From NCBI GenBank assembly GCA_964608505.1, contig CAZSOV010000005.1, positions 4,114 through 68,113 of the forward strand: a stretch of 64,000 nt of DNA. Direction: 5' to 3'. Below, piece by piece: positions 47,301-54,200 of the stretch. Positions within the stretch are counted from its first letter, which is position 1. Each line of letters opens with the position of its first letter. Origin of the DNA: an uncultured Verrucomicrobiota bacterium (GTDB lineage: Bacteria; Verrucomicrobiota; Verrucomicrobiia; Limisphaerales; CAIMTB01). The notes under the pieces were generated by a model. It worked only from the letters and a program-made list of their open reading frames with translations. It was not told the origin of the DNA and did no database searches. A program made the position numbers and the translations under genes.

Positions 47301-48217
47301 AAGAACTGGTTGAGGAACCCGATGTTGCCCGGGATCGCCAGGAGCCCCGTGATCGGAATCCCGCCCTTCGGTTCCCCCTCGCCCTCCAGCACCTCCTCGA
47401 AGTGGATCGGGCGCAGGGTGAACTCCGGCATCGCGGCCTGGATCTCGGGAGGCAGCACGACGGAGCGCGCCAGTTCGTCGTTGATCCGCTCCGCCTCCAC
47501 CGTCCGGTCCTCGAGCTCCGCGACCGGGATGATCTCCGTGGCCAGCCGCGCCCGGGGCGCGACCACCGGCATCCGTACCGCGAACGACTTCCCCTGCAAC
47601 ACCAGCGTCACGTCGAACTCGACGACCCGGAAGTTCGTGGCGTCGATGACGATCCCCTTGTCGCGGATCTCCTCGAGCGACAACGGACGACTGGTCACAC
47701 GGGAGACGAGGACCTCGTCGAACACCTTCACCGGAACGCTGGCCGGCGTCGCACGGACCACCGTGCCCCCGGACTGCACCCATTTCACGTCGTCGAGCTG
47801 GTACTCCCCCGCCACCCGCAGCGCGGGCAGCATCAGCGGTCGCCCGGGCTCGCCCACCAGCCGTTGGGCCGGGAACGACGGCCCGCGCAGCGTGGCCTCC
47901 AGCCGGCCTCCCTGGAAACCCGCCGCCGCCGACTCCGCCACCGCCCCGTCCCCGCGCACCACTTCCACCAGCACCGATCCCGGCACGTTGCGCGGCACCG
48001 TGACGACTTCCGGCTGCACCCGCAGCCGGCTCCCGAGCACCCGGTACTCCAGCGTCGTCAGCGGCCCGGGCGCGCCCGGCGCCGCCGGATTCCCGCACAG
48101 CCCCAGCAGCAGCCACAACCAGGCCCGAAGCGGGCCGGGGCCCGCGTTCCGGAACGCGGCGTTCGCGCAACTTCCGCCCGACACCGTGCCGCGGTGGATC
48201 TTCGCTTCTTTCCTCAT
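35348..48217 (-). CDS. Giant secreted repeat protein (4289 aa): unrecognised ~700-aa N-terminal region, carboxypeptidase-regulatory-like and Ig-like (SbsA/Big-type) beta-sandwich arrays, thrombospondin-type-3-like Ca repeats, long parallel beta-helix region, C-terminal FFRF module
   Basis: Signal peptide LRAWLWLLLGLCGNPAAPGAPG. About 20 units of the type GRVLGANGAPLPGAAVNL...DDEGGFRFTGVPLGEF (roughly 41.7-45.4 kb). SbsA-like PRIRSTTPAAGAAGVEPRPRIILGFSEAL. Asp-rich DGDDDGDGLPNAWE...DSDTDGDRVVDG...DPDSDDDGIPDGDD (about 39065-39375). G/T/L-rich beta-helix repeats (about 35.7-38.7 kb). Ends STDLRDWQPV...AAFFRFRETDW. Normal coding composition over 12.9 kb. Confidence 0.9.
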   Translation of the reverse strand: MRKEAKIHRGTVSGGSCANAAFRNAGPGPLRAWLWLLLGLCGNPAAPGAPGPLTTLEYRVLGSRLRVQPEVVTVPRNVPGSVLVEVVRGDGAVAESAAAGFQGGRLEATLRGPSFPAQRLVGEPGRPLMLPALRVAGEYQLDDVKWVQSGGTVVRATPASVPVKVFDEVLVSRVTSRPLSLEEIRDKGIVIDATNFRVVEFDVTLVLQGKSFAVRMPVVAPRARLATEIIPVAELEDRTVEAERINDELARSVVLPPEIQAAMPEFTLRPIHFEEVLEGEGEPKGGIPITGLLAIPGNIGFLNQFFSVQLFTENAAPSGSNLAVDQVRATIRLPVGKDGVPARAYDQPGDDPLRMARLGPDRLIQTNLPVMLAGADGRTGTEDDVSRLRPGETGAAEFLVEGLREGLHVLEMDLEAELHGLAAGVTRVRGRAVGSVLVRNANFSMTFSHPRTVRVGEPYEASVTLLNTGEVEANLTRVTLNRLSISGAVLLSEETVELGNLAPGESATATFRLRSQRTGSVIFSNLTTGDDAVAGRLNLTLGVDSRGVPLSPDTLVYPDWVQALPKEVFDAANRVMGQALGVATAGRLPARIRPLTRDVVTARGVELAEAGQRLRYGDDPRRVLFDLLLDWQGGRRVDPGFDQILRESDAGREWREAIVAALEGLDTEDAAARIAGLGPSLAGLGQAWHLATAPQSGFALSVQPVPDSVPTANATNDATGIAGAVLDRGLVYEGRRGAWYAGPAVADRELRWTATAAGGGGEIGFLAVRTNGTVERWQWTTGPVSVGDVFAFRPGVDAGLRRVQGTPAGPFEPRRSVFEEEAPRVLSARQDISILSDRAYLRCPIREYANWGTVLAVLFNKPMAPGDVETPGAYRLVGGDNGARTVKLQEGGRVCLLQLHRGVGSFAVRPRSYRLEVASLPDPRGHLSSPQDLDVLMADGQGTSVRGRVLGLDGNPVAGAPVTLTMSDRVGDRCLPAEYRAGQVFTDAAGYFALDFVLADVGFTIAAIDTSRMTDEDARTILGVLEEVVGGDPESRERIAGLLAGAQVREAMLRAFRAGEIGAAIAAAEGVDRATYSDYIGVGDGRMGSELAVVLRFRGRGTVEGRVLGANGAPLPGAAVNLFPALDSRELGRGVFADDEGGFRFTGVPLGEFGLEATTSDGRARRVSGRLAEPGSTATMEVRVPDVRERTGTVTGWVAEEGGAPHPGARVYLAEHIAGESAAGVAGSAEADADGAFRLTRIPVGNWQIVAVSADGTRKTEVRNLLVVDGTTVSLGLAFPPRAVVRGIVRRWDGTPAAGARVGGGDRVVTTDAQGRFELTGVPVGVGNILAGLDGPDTSDGVTRTATVQIVVKPGLNDLVELRLPARGRIRGVVYDGTGVTRVPRVRVAIPVTAGFLWVDANANGEYEFNGLGLGGYTISAPAPPVKKKADELAAEALEAIGSAAGGGDADAAAALVGELANLYAQGSMGRLTTTPFVPANWGFTSATLDFDGQTVVHDIRYLPSGRLSGTVVNPQGVPVGAQVSVSAVGPSKSGGAGVVELGPFLSDPSTGEWSASGFIVGPFTVTAKSPLLVGQAQVEGVLRADAPTRTNVVLRFPSQTDVTGRLTGLVLNPDGSPVTNGAVHISFTSDYVIGVDDQGRFDTQIRLPALDYSVLATNLVTGLVGASSVRIVGGITNFTTVRLLDRGAVRVRVLRADGRPATNAVVTLTRSSFPESTGEQAVTDDEGRATVEGLWQGEWMLRAEALEGATRATALDGVRVAPRDVVERTVTLGASGTISGVFLEEGTGRPIPGAQVFARSGSGNGVLIATAPTGADGNFAIPGVPLGSYHLTARNPTDGRVAVQTARLATANERVRVTLVEEPLGDVEGFVTAADGPGVSGVEVNYADGRGLTPPRTVTTGPAGDFRFQGVPRGEFALTATDPVAGGYASARGTFVAGESRVRVDLALPGWGTVEVRVLEPDGTTPAAGVPVRARGGREGMVTDTDAAGLATFERLDLGSILIETLPRGVGQGVNVAATNVTLRVAGEVVRTTVRLPGSGRVTGTVRSAGGALVGNALVVVESLDPGFGETTRRTLTEADGTFVLDAVRLGALTVRAVSGALAAFGGGTLAAPNATALVDLRLGGSGSVRGRIEDEDGNELRAVEVGFFFTAQNGQAGFVRALADGLGAFEAQGLPVATPIEVRIAVPALDGRRTVVARIAANGEVVDLGRLRLDQQAPRIRSTTPAAGAAGVEPRPRIILGFSEALRPESIRAAGIVLRGAGREEALDLALEDGPEGPATVLAALPRTNLASATSYTLVISGADDVDASGRPVSRGPEDLERRPLARTELLSFTVRDYLPPVTLLAFPGPEAAEVEPMAGLRWEFDEPIRTNRIDVALWAGTVRVDGAAGLNPNGRVLAWVPARPLLPDTAYRVELRGVEDLSGNVALPTTNRFSTLDTRGPRVAVLRLREGQRPVANATVMVEALLESSETDAVVRWSRNGTELGVATDGPVYSFAVRLPAEGSVRLLATGVDRAGNPGEAAVLELRVGPNERPVVELMRVEPPSGPLETGRRFGFAVLARDDATVAAVRVELRGAVTATRELFLPPNGVATNLVFDFPSAALAGGTVEVQATAYDDSGAASDLARLTYATRDATPPRMTPELPLDRAELDPREPLRVVATLSDNSRRLRWNVAATGTVIFERRFDFDVEPNVPRREELPISLADGLRGGNVVLNLTASDDAGNEVRTSRSYRLRSVVGPRLARIAAADLGYVWVAPHDEPISPWSTLYVDFDASLDARRCDTNLLEILSADGRSLPRRVTISGTSVAVQPTGPALPPGTEVRLRLLPGWVGLDGNAVNLADGAAWPAEGRSETFRVADVQGLSVANGVPAVPGQTLEIDVRHHSVFGGWQLAVNGVAANVYTFPADGTRFRVVVPTNAPSVRLLARSVRSGRTEFVLPEVALDLRSRDGDDDGDGLPNAWEADRSFVHGLRRFDPFLAADASEDFDFDRLPNRAEFLAGTDPFDSDTDGDRVVDGDEPGTGGCPSPLDPDSDDDGIPDGDDLAPCAAGEALVLAPASMTVGEGESVTNAVTATATGLTLVSLDFAPDLPRPAFVGFADFWHTGTNPIVRRVLLRPSFQDAGTHVVTFQVTARRAFSLITSNIAIPVVVEDRANSRFTRWARPVDGDWANRTNWTAGVPGIGTNAVIDLPGTYAVRLSGNVFVESLTVGGAGSGIQTLRLSGGSLGINGPSTVPATGLLLLEGGATLQGQGRLDVAGTLRLSTANVSGPGSVHVQPTGRLEVVGSALGGTARFEAPLINLGSVLISTNMTWLFGGPGFTNEAGGRVVQDRAQIRSQFGRPVLENRGEWVKRGTNEHPIVGFRFRQAGLLRAEQGPLTLQSGTVEFAPGSTNRGVGELALESVVGRIDAPLEFASGILLASTSVTNAVAQTWNQLRLASGELDGPGPVTVTKLLESEYGTLSGQGSLDIPAGAELRIPPFRQLVLERPTRVAGNAIFDTNATLRLQRATLLLSGRTELHGAVTLTGALPVDGAVIENTGTLVKLGEDRAFLWWLVLHNRGVVDVREGTLQIQSESTHDGELRVADGAALELASTILYAPGSFLGGPGEIRFDAGTHDLLGAFEPLGAWANRGAMVRVRRPLPPGGTVQSQGGQVILDVPHVLDALDVQSTEWVLRADLRVNRTLELGSSTFSGGGRLLLGTNLVGHIGGGGLQLGVDLTNEGRIEVDPFVFVTFDAARWINRGEVRFSGYTTLSGNSTTNLFLNEGTFVAGTNYVRFGGVAFAAHGRQELGATDIWFDGGTNATQLRVPSGGTAYFQNSFRHLPGSLLGGEGAIEFHSGEHVVDGAFTPEGTLVVSGGNVRVGQSLTNLGLTEIRAGTLELLRPSRLRDLRMTFGTLNAGDRVGIGRSFVWAGGDVAGAGPVTVDATATARASGFNGMRLAGTLDIAGTFAMTNSARLTFDDGTLRILSGGLLALDDTTYAWTSGGYGRLRNDGTLRKEGAEVADFDLESSGSGNWDILGGRLDLGGPVTLAGAWTVADGAEARFEGATNTIAADARFLGEGTLHWYRGDEILLLGPVDFGDLDVLFAASSLGIRGEFPIVSGPGGSLEWSGFRQDVEGSVRVRGRLEVGPNTVLRVDDTLFLEAGATLVNRGRLDGQSRSNIRVRAFPVLGGTVTGPPPDVIPPSTPLGVRPGPGSGVRALKPAAMPGPEAGSVDFPEFELEWSSAAGVRFRIEASTDLRDWQPVEADASETAVAGDGEGRTRVHRLRIRWPSGGAAFFRFRETDW

Positions 48218-51200
48218 CGGAACAGGTCCTTTCCGGTGCCAATCAGTTCACCCAGCCGGCGGGCCAGGTCCGGATTCTCGGTCGCGATCCGGCGCAACAG
48301 CACGTCCTCGACCTCGAGATTCAGAAACATGGGACGCGACATGCCCGCCTTCTCGAACGACCGGATGGCCCGGTCGGCGACCTCGTGGATCAACTCCCGC
48401 CGCAGCACGTCCGTGGCCCGGAACGTGCCCTCGGCCTTGCTCCCGGTGGCGGCGATGTCCGCCCCGTTCTGGGCCGCCGCCACCAGGTCGTCGTGCACCA
48501 GGATGATCTTGTCGTAGAGGATCCGGGCCGGATTCGCCGCCGACAGCGGCTTGCCCAGCCGCAGCGACTCGGCGTGCCCGATCACGCCCACACCGATGTC
48601 CTGCAACCGGTGCATGGCCGAGCCCATGAGGCGCTCGGGGAGGTCGAGGATCTTCGCCACGTCGGGAAGGGCCTTGGCCGCCACCAGCTCCGCCTGGCTC
48701 ATGACCTTCGTCACGGGATCGAAGAGATGGGTCAGGATCGGACCGTCGAACCGCACCCGGGGCACGACCTCGGTCAACACCTCGTCCGACCGCAGCGTGC
48801 GCCCGATCCAGGTGTCCGCGATCCCGGTCACCGCCCCCAGCCGGCTCGCGTCGTCCACGAGCCCCGCCGGCGACAGCAACGCCCGCGCCGCCTCGGCCCG
48901 GTCCGCGGAACCGCTCACCACCGACTGAATGGCCGTGCGCGCCTCCCGGACGCGCGAGGCACGGGCGACGTTCGCGAGCGCGCCGCCGACGGTCCCGCCG
49001 ATCTGCATCACGTCCGCGCCGGCGGCGAGATAGTCCCAGCCGGAGGGTGCCACGCCGGTGGTGTCCTCGACGGCGAGTTTGCCGCTGAGGGTGCCGAGGC
49101 CGGAGCCGACGTTGAGGGCGCCGCCGACGTACTGGCCCACGGCCTTGACGACGCCCGCGGCCACGGCCTGGGCCCAGCCGGGGTCGTCGCCCGCCGTCGC
49201 CACCATGTCCGCCAGTTGATCCGTGAAGTACTGCAGTTTGTCGCCCGAACCGCCCGTCGCCACGAGGGCTTCGAGCTGCTTGACCTTCGCCATGCTCGCC
49301 CGCGCCTCGGCCTGGCCACGCTCGACGCTCCATTCCAGGTAGGCCTCGTTGTATTTGTCCGCCCGATCCAGGCTCTGTTCGAGCTCCCGAATCGCCTGGG
49401 CCGCTGCTTCCTTCGCCTCCTTGCGCGCCTCGGCGATGACCTTCCGGTCCGACCACCAGGGCACGTAATGCTCGCCCGTCTCCGAATCGATGACGGTGTT
49501 GCGCAGCGACGGATCGACGTCCTTGTCGCTCCTGCCCTTCTTCGTCCCCGTATCCTCCCGGATCGAGTCGTCCCCGCCCCCGCCCCCACCCTTGCCGCCG
49601 CCCGCGTCGGCCTTCTCGTTCGCGTACCCGGTCGGGTCCACCCACGCCAGGGGATTGCCGAACGCGTACAGGTACCGATGCAGGCTCGCCGGGGTCCCGG
49701 CCTCGCCCGGGAACGCGTCCTGGCCGAGGAACCGCCCCTGCTCGTCGTCGTAATATCGTGCCCCGAAATAGTGCAGTCCGGTTTCCGCGTCCCGATAGTG
49801 CCCCGTGAACTGGCGTTCGTTGGCGACCGTCGACGCGCTGGCGGTCAGTCGTCCCCAGGCATCGTACCGGTACTCCGCCTCGCGCGCTCCCGACGCGGCG
49901 GTGAGGTGCACCGTGCTGCCCAGCGCGTCGGTCAGGTAGAAATGCCGGTCCAGGCCCGCGGCTCCTGCCGCCCGCGGCGTGCCCATCGCCAGCAGGCTGC
50001 CCCCCTGGTCGTACGTGCGCAGCGTCACGTGTCCCGCCGCCGCCGGACCGTACTCCAGCGCCACCGCCGCCTGATCGTAGAGATACCGCGTCTCCCCGGC
50101 GGCGGAGATCTTCTTCACCCGCATCCGGTCGGCCCCGTAGTCGAAGCGCGTCCAGGCTTCGGCCTCGCCGGTTTCGATCATCCGGTCCCGGATGTCGTGC
50201 CGGAACCGGCGCGCGATCCCGTCCTGTTCCCGAGAGACCTGGTTCAGGTTGGAGTCGTACCGGTACGTGATGGTTCGCGCCGCCGACAAGAGATCCTCGA
50301 TGCGCGTCAGGGCGTTCATGCCGTCGAAGGTTCCCGTCACGCCCGGCAACGCGCCGTACCGGAACACCCGATCCATCGGTTGGCCGGTCACGAAGTCGGT
50401 GCCGCGTTCCGTCAGGCGATTGCCGTTCGGCGCGTAGGTGTATCGCACACTGGCTCCGGCCCCGTTCGTCACCGCCGTCAACCGGTTCAGACCGTCGTAC
50501 CCGTACCGCGTGGTCTCCGGCACCGGGCCCAGGCCCGGGTTGAACTCCACCTGTTCCAGGCGGTTTCCGTTCGCGTCGTAGCGGTACCCGAACGAGGACA
50601 ACACCGTGCCACCTCCGGCCGCGGCGTTGGTGATCGAGAGGAGGCGGTCCGCCGCGTCGTAGGCCCGGGACGCGGACACGCCGCCCGGATAGTCCACGCG
50701 CCGCAACAGGCCGTCGGTTTCCCACCCGTATCCCACGGTCAGGGCGCCCGCACCCGTGCCTGCATCGAGGGTCACGGTCTCCAGCCGGTTGCGGTCGTCG
50801 TAGGCATACCGCGTCACCCGGCCGTCGGCGTCCGTCGATTCCGTCCGGTTGCCCGCGACGTCGTACCGGAAGCCCAACCGGCGGCCCGCCACGTCGTCGT
50901 GGTCGTGCCGCGTCCGTTCCATCAACCGGTCCAGCGCGTCGAACGCCTGGACGGTCCGTTCGGTGACCGCCGCCGCCCCCAGTTGCTTGGTTTCGCGAAT
51001 CTCGAGTTCGTTCCCGTTCCCGTCCCGCACCCACTCGATCCGCAGGGGCTGGAACTCCGCCGGATTCCCCGCCGTCCGCTCGGCGTGGCCCGTGTAGATC
51101 CGTTGCACCACGCGGTTCAGGTGGTCGTGGGAGGTTTCGATCCGCTGGCCGCGGGGGTCGACCAGCAGCGCGGGGTTGCCGTTGCCGTCGTACCCGTAGG

Positions 51201-54200
51201 TCCAGCGGAAGGCCGTCGCCGCGTTCCCCCCGGGTCCGGCACCCCGGTTTGCCGTCGCGCCGAGCGTGCCCGGCGCCGCGTGCTGGAGCACGGCCGTCAT
51301 CCGGTTCAAGCCGTCGAACTCCCGCGTCACGAGGTTGCCGTCGGGATCCTGCTGCGCCACCCGGTTGCGGGTCGCGTCGTACCGGAACCGGGTCACGCCG
51401 GCGTCCGCCGCGGTGCCGCGTGCCGACTCGTCCACCGCCAGCAGGGCGTTCAACTCGTCGTACTCGTAGCGGGTTCGGCCACCGCGCGGATCGATCCGTT
51501 CCACCACGTTGTTCGCGGCGTCGTAATGCTGGCGCGTCGTTTCCCCGAGCGCGTTGGAGGTCGCGATGCGCCGGTTCCGCGCGTCGTACTCGTGGCGCAC
51601 GTCGTGTGCCGCCCCGTGCGCGCGCGGGTCCTTGGCCGAGACGACGTTCCCCACGGCGTCGAACTCGAACCGCGTCGTGGCCGCCACCGCCGTTCCCGCG
51701 CCCTCGGTCGACGCCGTCCGCCGGTCCGCGGCGTCGTACTCGTGCGTCACCACCCGCCCGTCGCCGTCCTCCGTGCGCACCAGGTTCGAGTTCCCGTCGT
51801 ACTCGGTCCGCGACAGACGCAACGGATCCGCCCCGTACCGCGCCGCGAGGTTGCCCCCGCTCCGCCACACGCCGGTCTCCCGCCCCAGCGCGTCGACCTC
51901 CACCACGGTGGTCCGGCCATTGCGATCCGTCATCTCCCGCCGCCGGGCGGAGTCCCGGTAGACGTTGGTGATCGAGCTCCGCTCCACCCCCGCCGCGTCG
52001 AACTCCCGCACCACGAGCGGACGATTCAACCCGTCGTACACCGTCGTCGTCCGCTGCCCCCGTCCGTCCACGCGCACCGTCGGGTTCACCCCGTCGTAGG
52101 TCGTCGACAACGTCCGGCCCACGGGATCCCGCACCGACCGGGGCCGCCCGAGGCCATCGAACTCGATCCGCGCCCGGTTTCGGGCGGCGTCGTACGTGTC
52201 CTGCGCGTTCGCGGCGTCGTCGTACACGGTTTCCGCCAGCACCAGCCATGCCCCGTTCCCGCTCACGGACTCCCGCAGTTCCTGGGTTCGGGGCCGGCCG
52301 AGATTGTCGAAGGTGGCCCGGTGCTCGAAGCCGCGGCGATCCCGGCGCCACACGGCCTGGCCCGCGCCATCGTACGCCAGTTCCTCCGTCACCGGGCGGC
52401 CCTGGTCGTCGGGGGTCGCGACCCAGCGCGTCGACAACCGCCGCCCCAACTCGTCGTAGGCATGGACGAGGTCCACGTCGCCGTTCCGGGCGTCCACGAC
52501 TTCCAGCACGTTGCCCGCGGCGTCGTGCGTCATCCGGTTGGTGAGGTCGAGCACGCCCTCCGCCACGACCTGTTCCACCAGCCGGTCCAGGCCATCCTTC
52601 CGCACGCGCGAGGCGAAGCCGCGGGCGTTGGTGACCCGGATCTCGTTGCGCGCGTCGTCGTACCGCGTCCGCGTCACGTAACCCGGCACGCCGGGCCCGT
52701 TCAACACCGCCAGCGTCGGGCGCCCGATGCGGTCGAACGCGTTCGTGGTGACCAGACCCGAGGCATGATCGTGCTGGAGCGTCCGGTTGCCCGCCGCGTC
52801 GTACCCGAACTCGGTGGCGTTGCCCTCGGGATCGGTCCGCCGCACGAGCCGATGCAGGCGATCGTACTGGAACCCGGTGGCCCGTCCGTTGGCATCGGTC
52901 GACCGGAGGACGTTCCCGATCCGGTCGCGGCGGGTCTCGAGCCTCGCACCCGCGACGGGCAGATGGTGGGCCGACTGCCGGTGGAAACCGTCGTACTCGT
53001 AGCGGTTCGTCAGCCCGTGCCGGTTGATCTCGGACAGGGTGTTGTTCACGCGGTCGAACGTGACCGCGGAAACCAGTCCCCCCCCTGCGCCCGGCCCGCC
53101 ATGCGGTCCCGACACGACCGTCCGCTCGCGGCGGCTCAGGGCGTCGTAGGCGTGGGTGCGCGTCACGCCCCGTGCGTCCGTTTCGCGAAGGACGTTCCCG
53201 ACCACGTCGTGCTGCCACGAATTCGTGTAGCTGACCCGAGAACCGTCGACCTGGCGGACGTCCCGCTGCACCGAGCGCACGCGCCGGCCCAGGGCGTCGT
53301 ACTCGTGGGCCGTGACCAGACCAAGGGCGTTGGTCTGGAACCGCACCAACCCGCCCGCCAGATAGCTCGTCCCCGTCCGGGCGTCGGGCCCGCCGCCCAG
53401 CCCGCTGAGGTCGTTCAACCGGACTTCCGAGATGACCCGATCCAGGCCGTCGTACTCGATGCGGCGGTGATGGGTGAACGTGTCCCGGGACTCGCGCAGG
53501 CGGCTTCGTTCGTCGTACGTCTGCTCGACCTGGTTGCCCTCGGGATCCACCACCACCTCGGCATTCCCGTACGCATCGTAACGGGTGAACCGTGTCTCGT
53601 GCCCGCGCGGGTCCCGGCGCACCCGGACGTCCCCGCCCGGTTGGTACTCGAACGTCGTGACGTTCCCCGCCGCGTCCTCGCTCCGCACGAGGTTCCCCGT
53701 CGCGTCGTCCACCGCGAACGTCGTGGTGCTGCCTTCCGCGTCGACGACCGACAGCGGGACGTTGAACACGGGATGATAAACCTGGACCAGTTCCGACGTC
53801 GTCGTCGCCGCCCCGGTTCTGTCGAACACCGGCGTCTTTCCGGGTGCCACGCGCGTCGTCTCCCGCGTCACGTTGCCCCGACCGTCGTGATACTCGAACC
53901 GGGTCTCCAACCCCTCCGCGTCGACCTTCCGCGTCAACAGGACGTCCCGGACCGGTTGACCGGCCTCGTCCCGCACCGAGCCGTCCAGGTGATCCGTCGC
54001 CCACTCCATCGTCGTCGTCTGACCGAGCGGCGCCTCGATGCGCAGGGTCGCGCCATAGGCATTGAGGACATAGACCGTGTCCGGGACGCCCGCCGCGGCC
54101 CGCGGGTCCGACACCCGCCGCGTGCCGCCCGCGAAATCGTAGGTGAACCGCGTCACGGCATCGGCGGCGGCCTCGAACCCGGGCCGCGCCGCGCCCACGC

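Noticed and set aside
35348-48217. Calling the 4289-aa protein a TcA-like (Tc toxin A component) partner of the RHS protein.
   Set aside because: I see no motif resembling TcA shell or channel, VRP1 or neuraminidase-like domains. The protein is built from beta-sandwich arrays and a beta-helix. The analogy is kept only as a functional hypothesis, not as an annotation.
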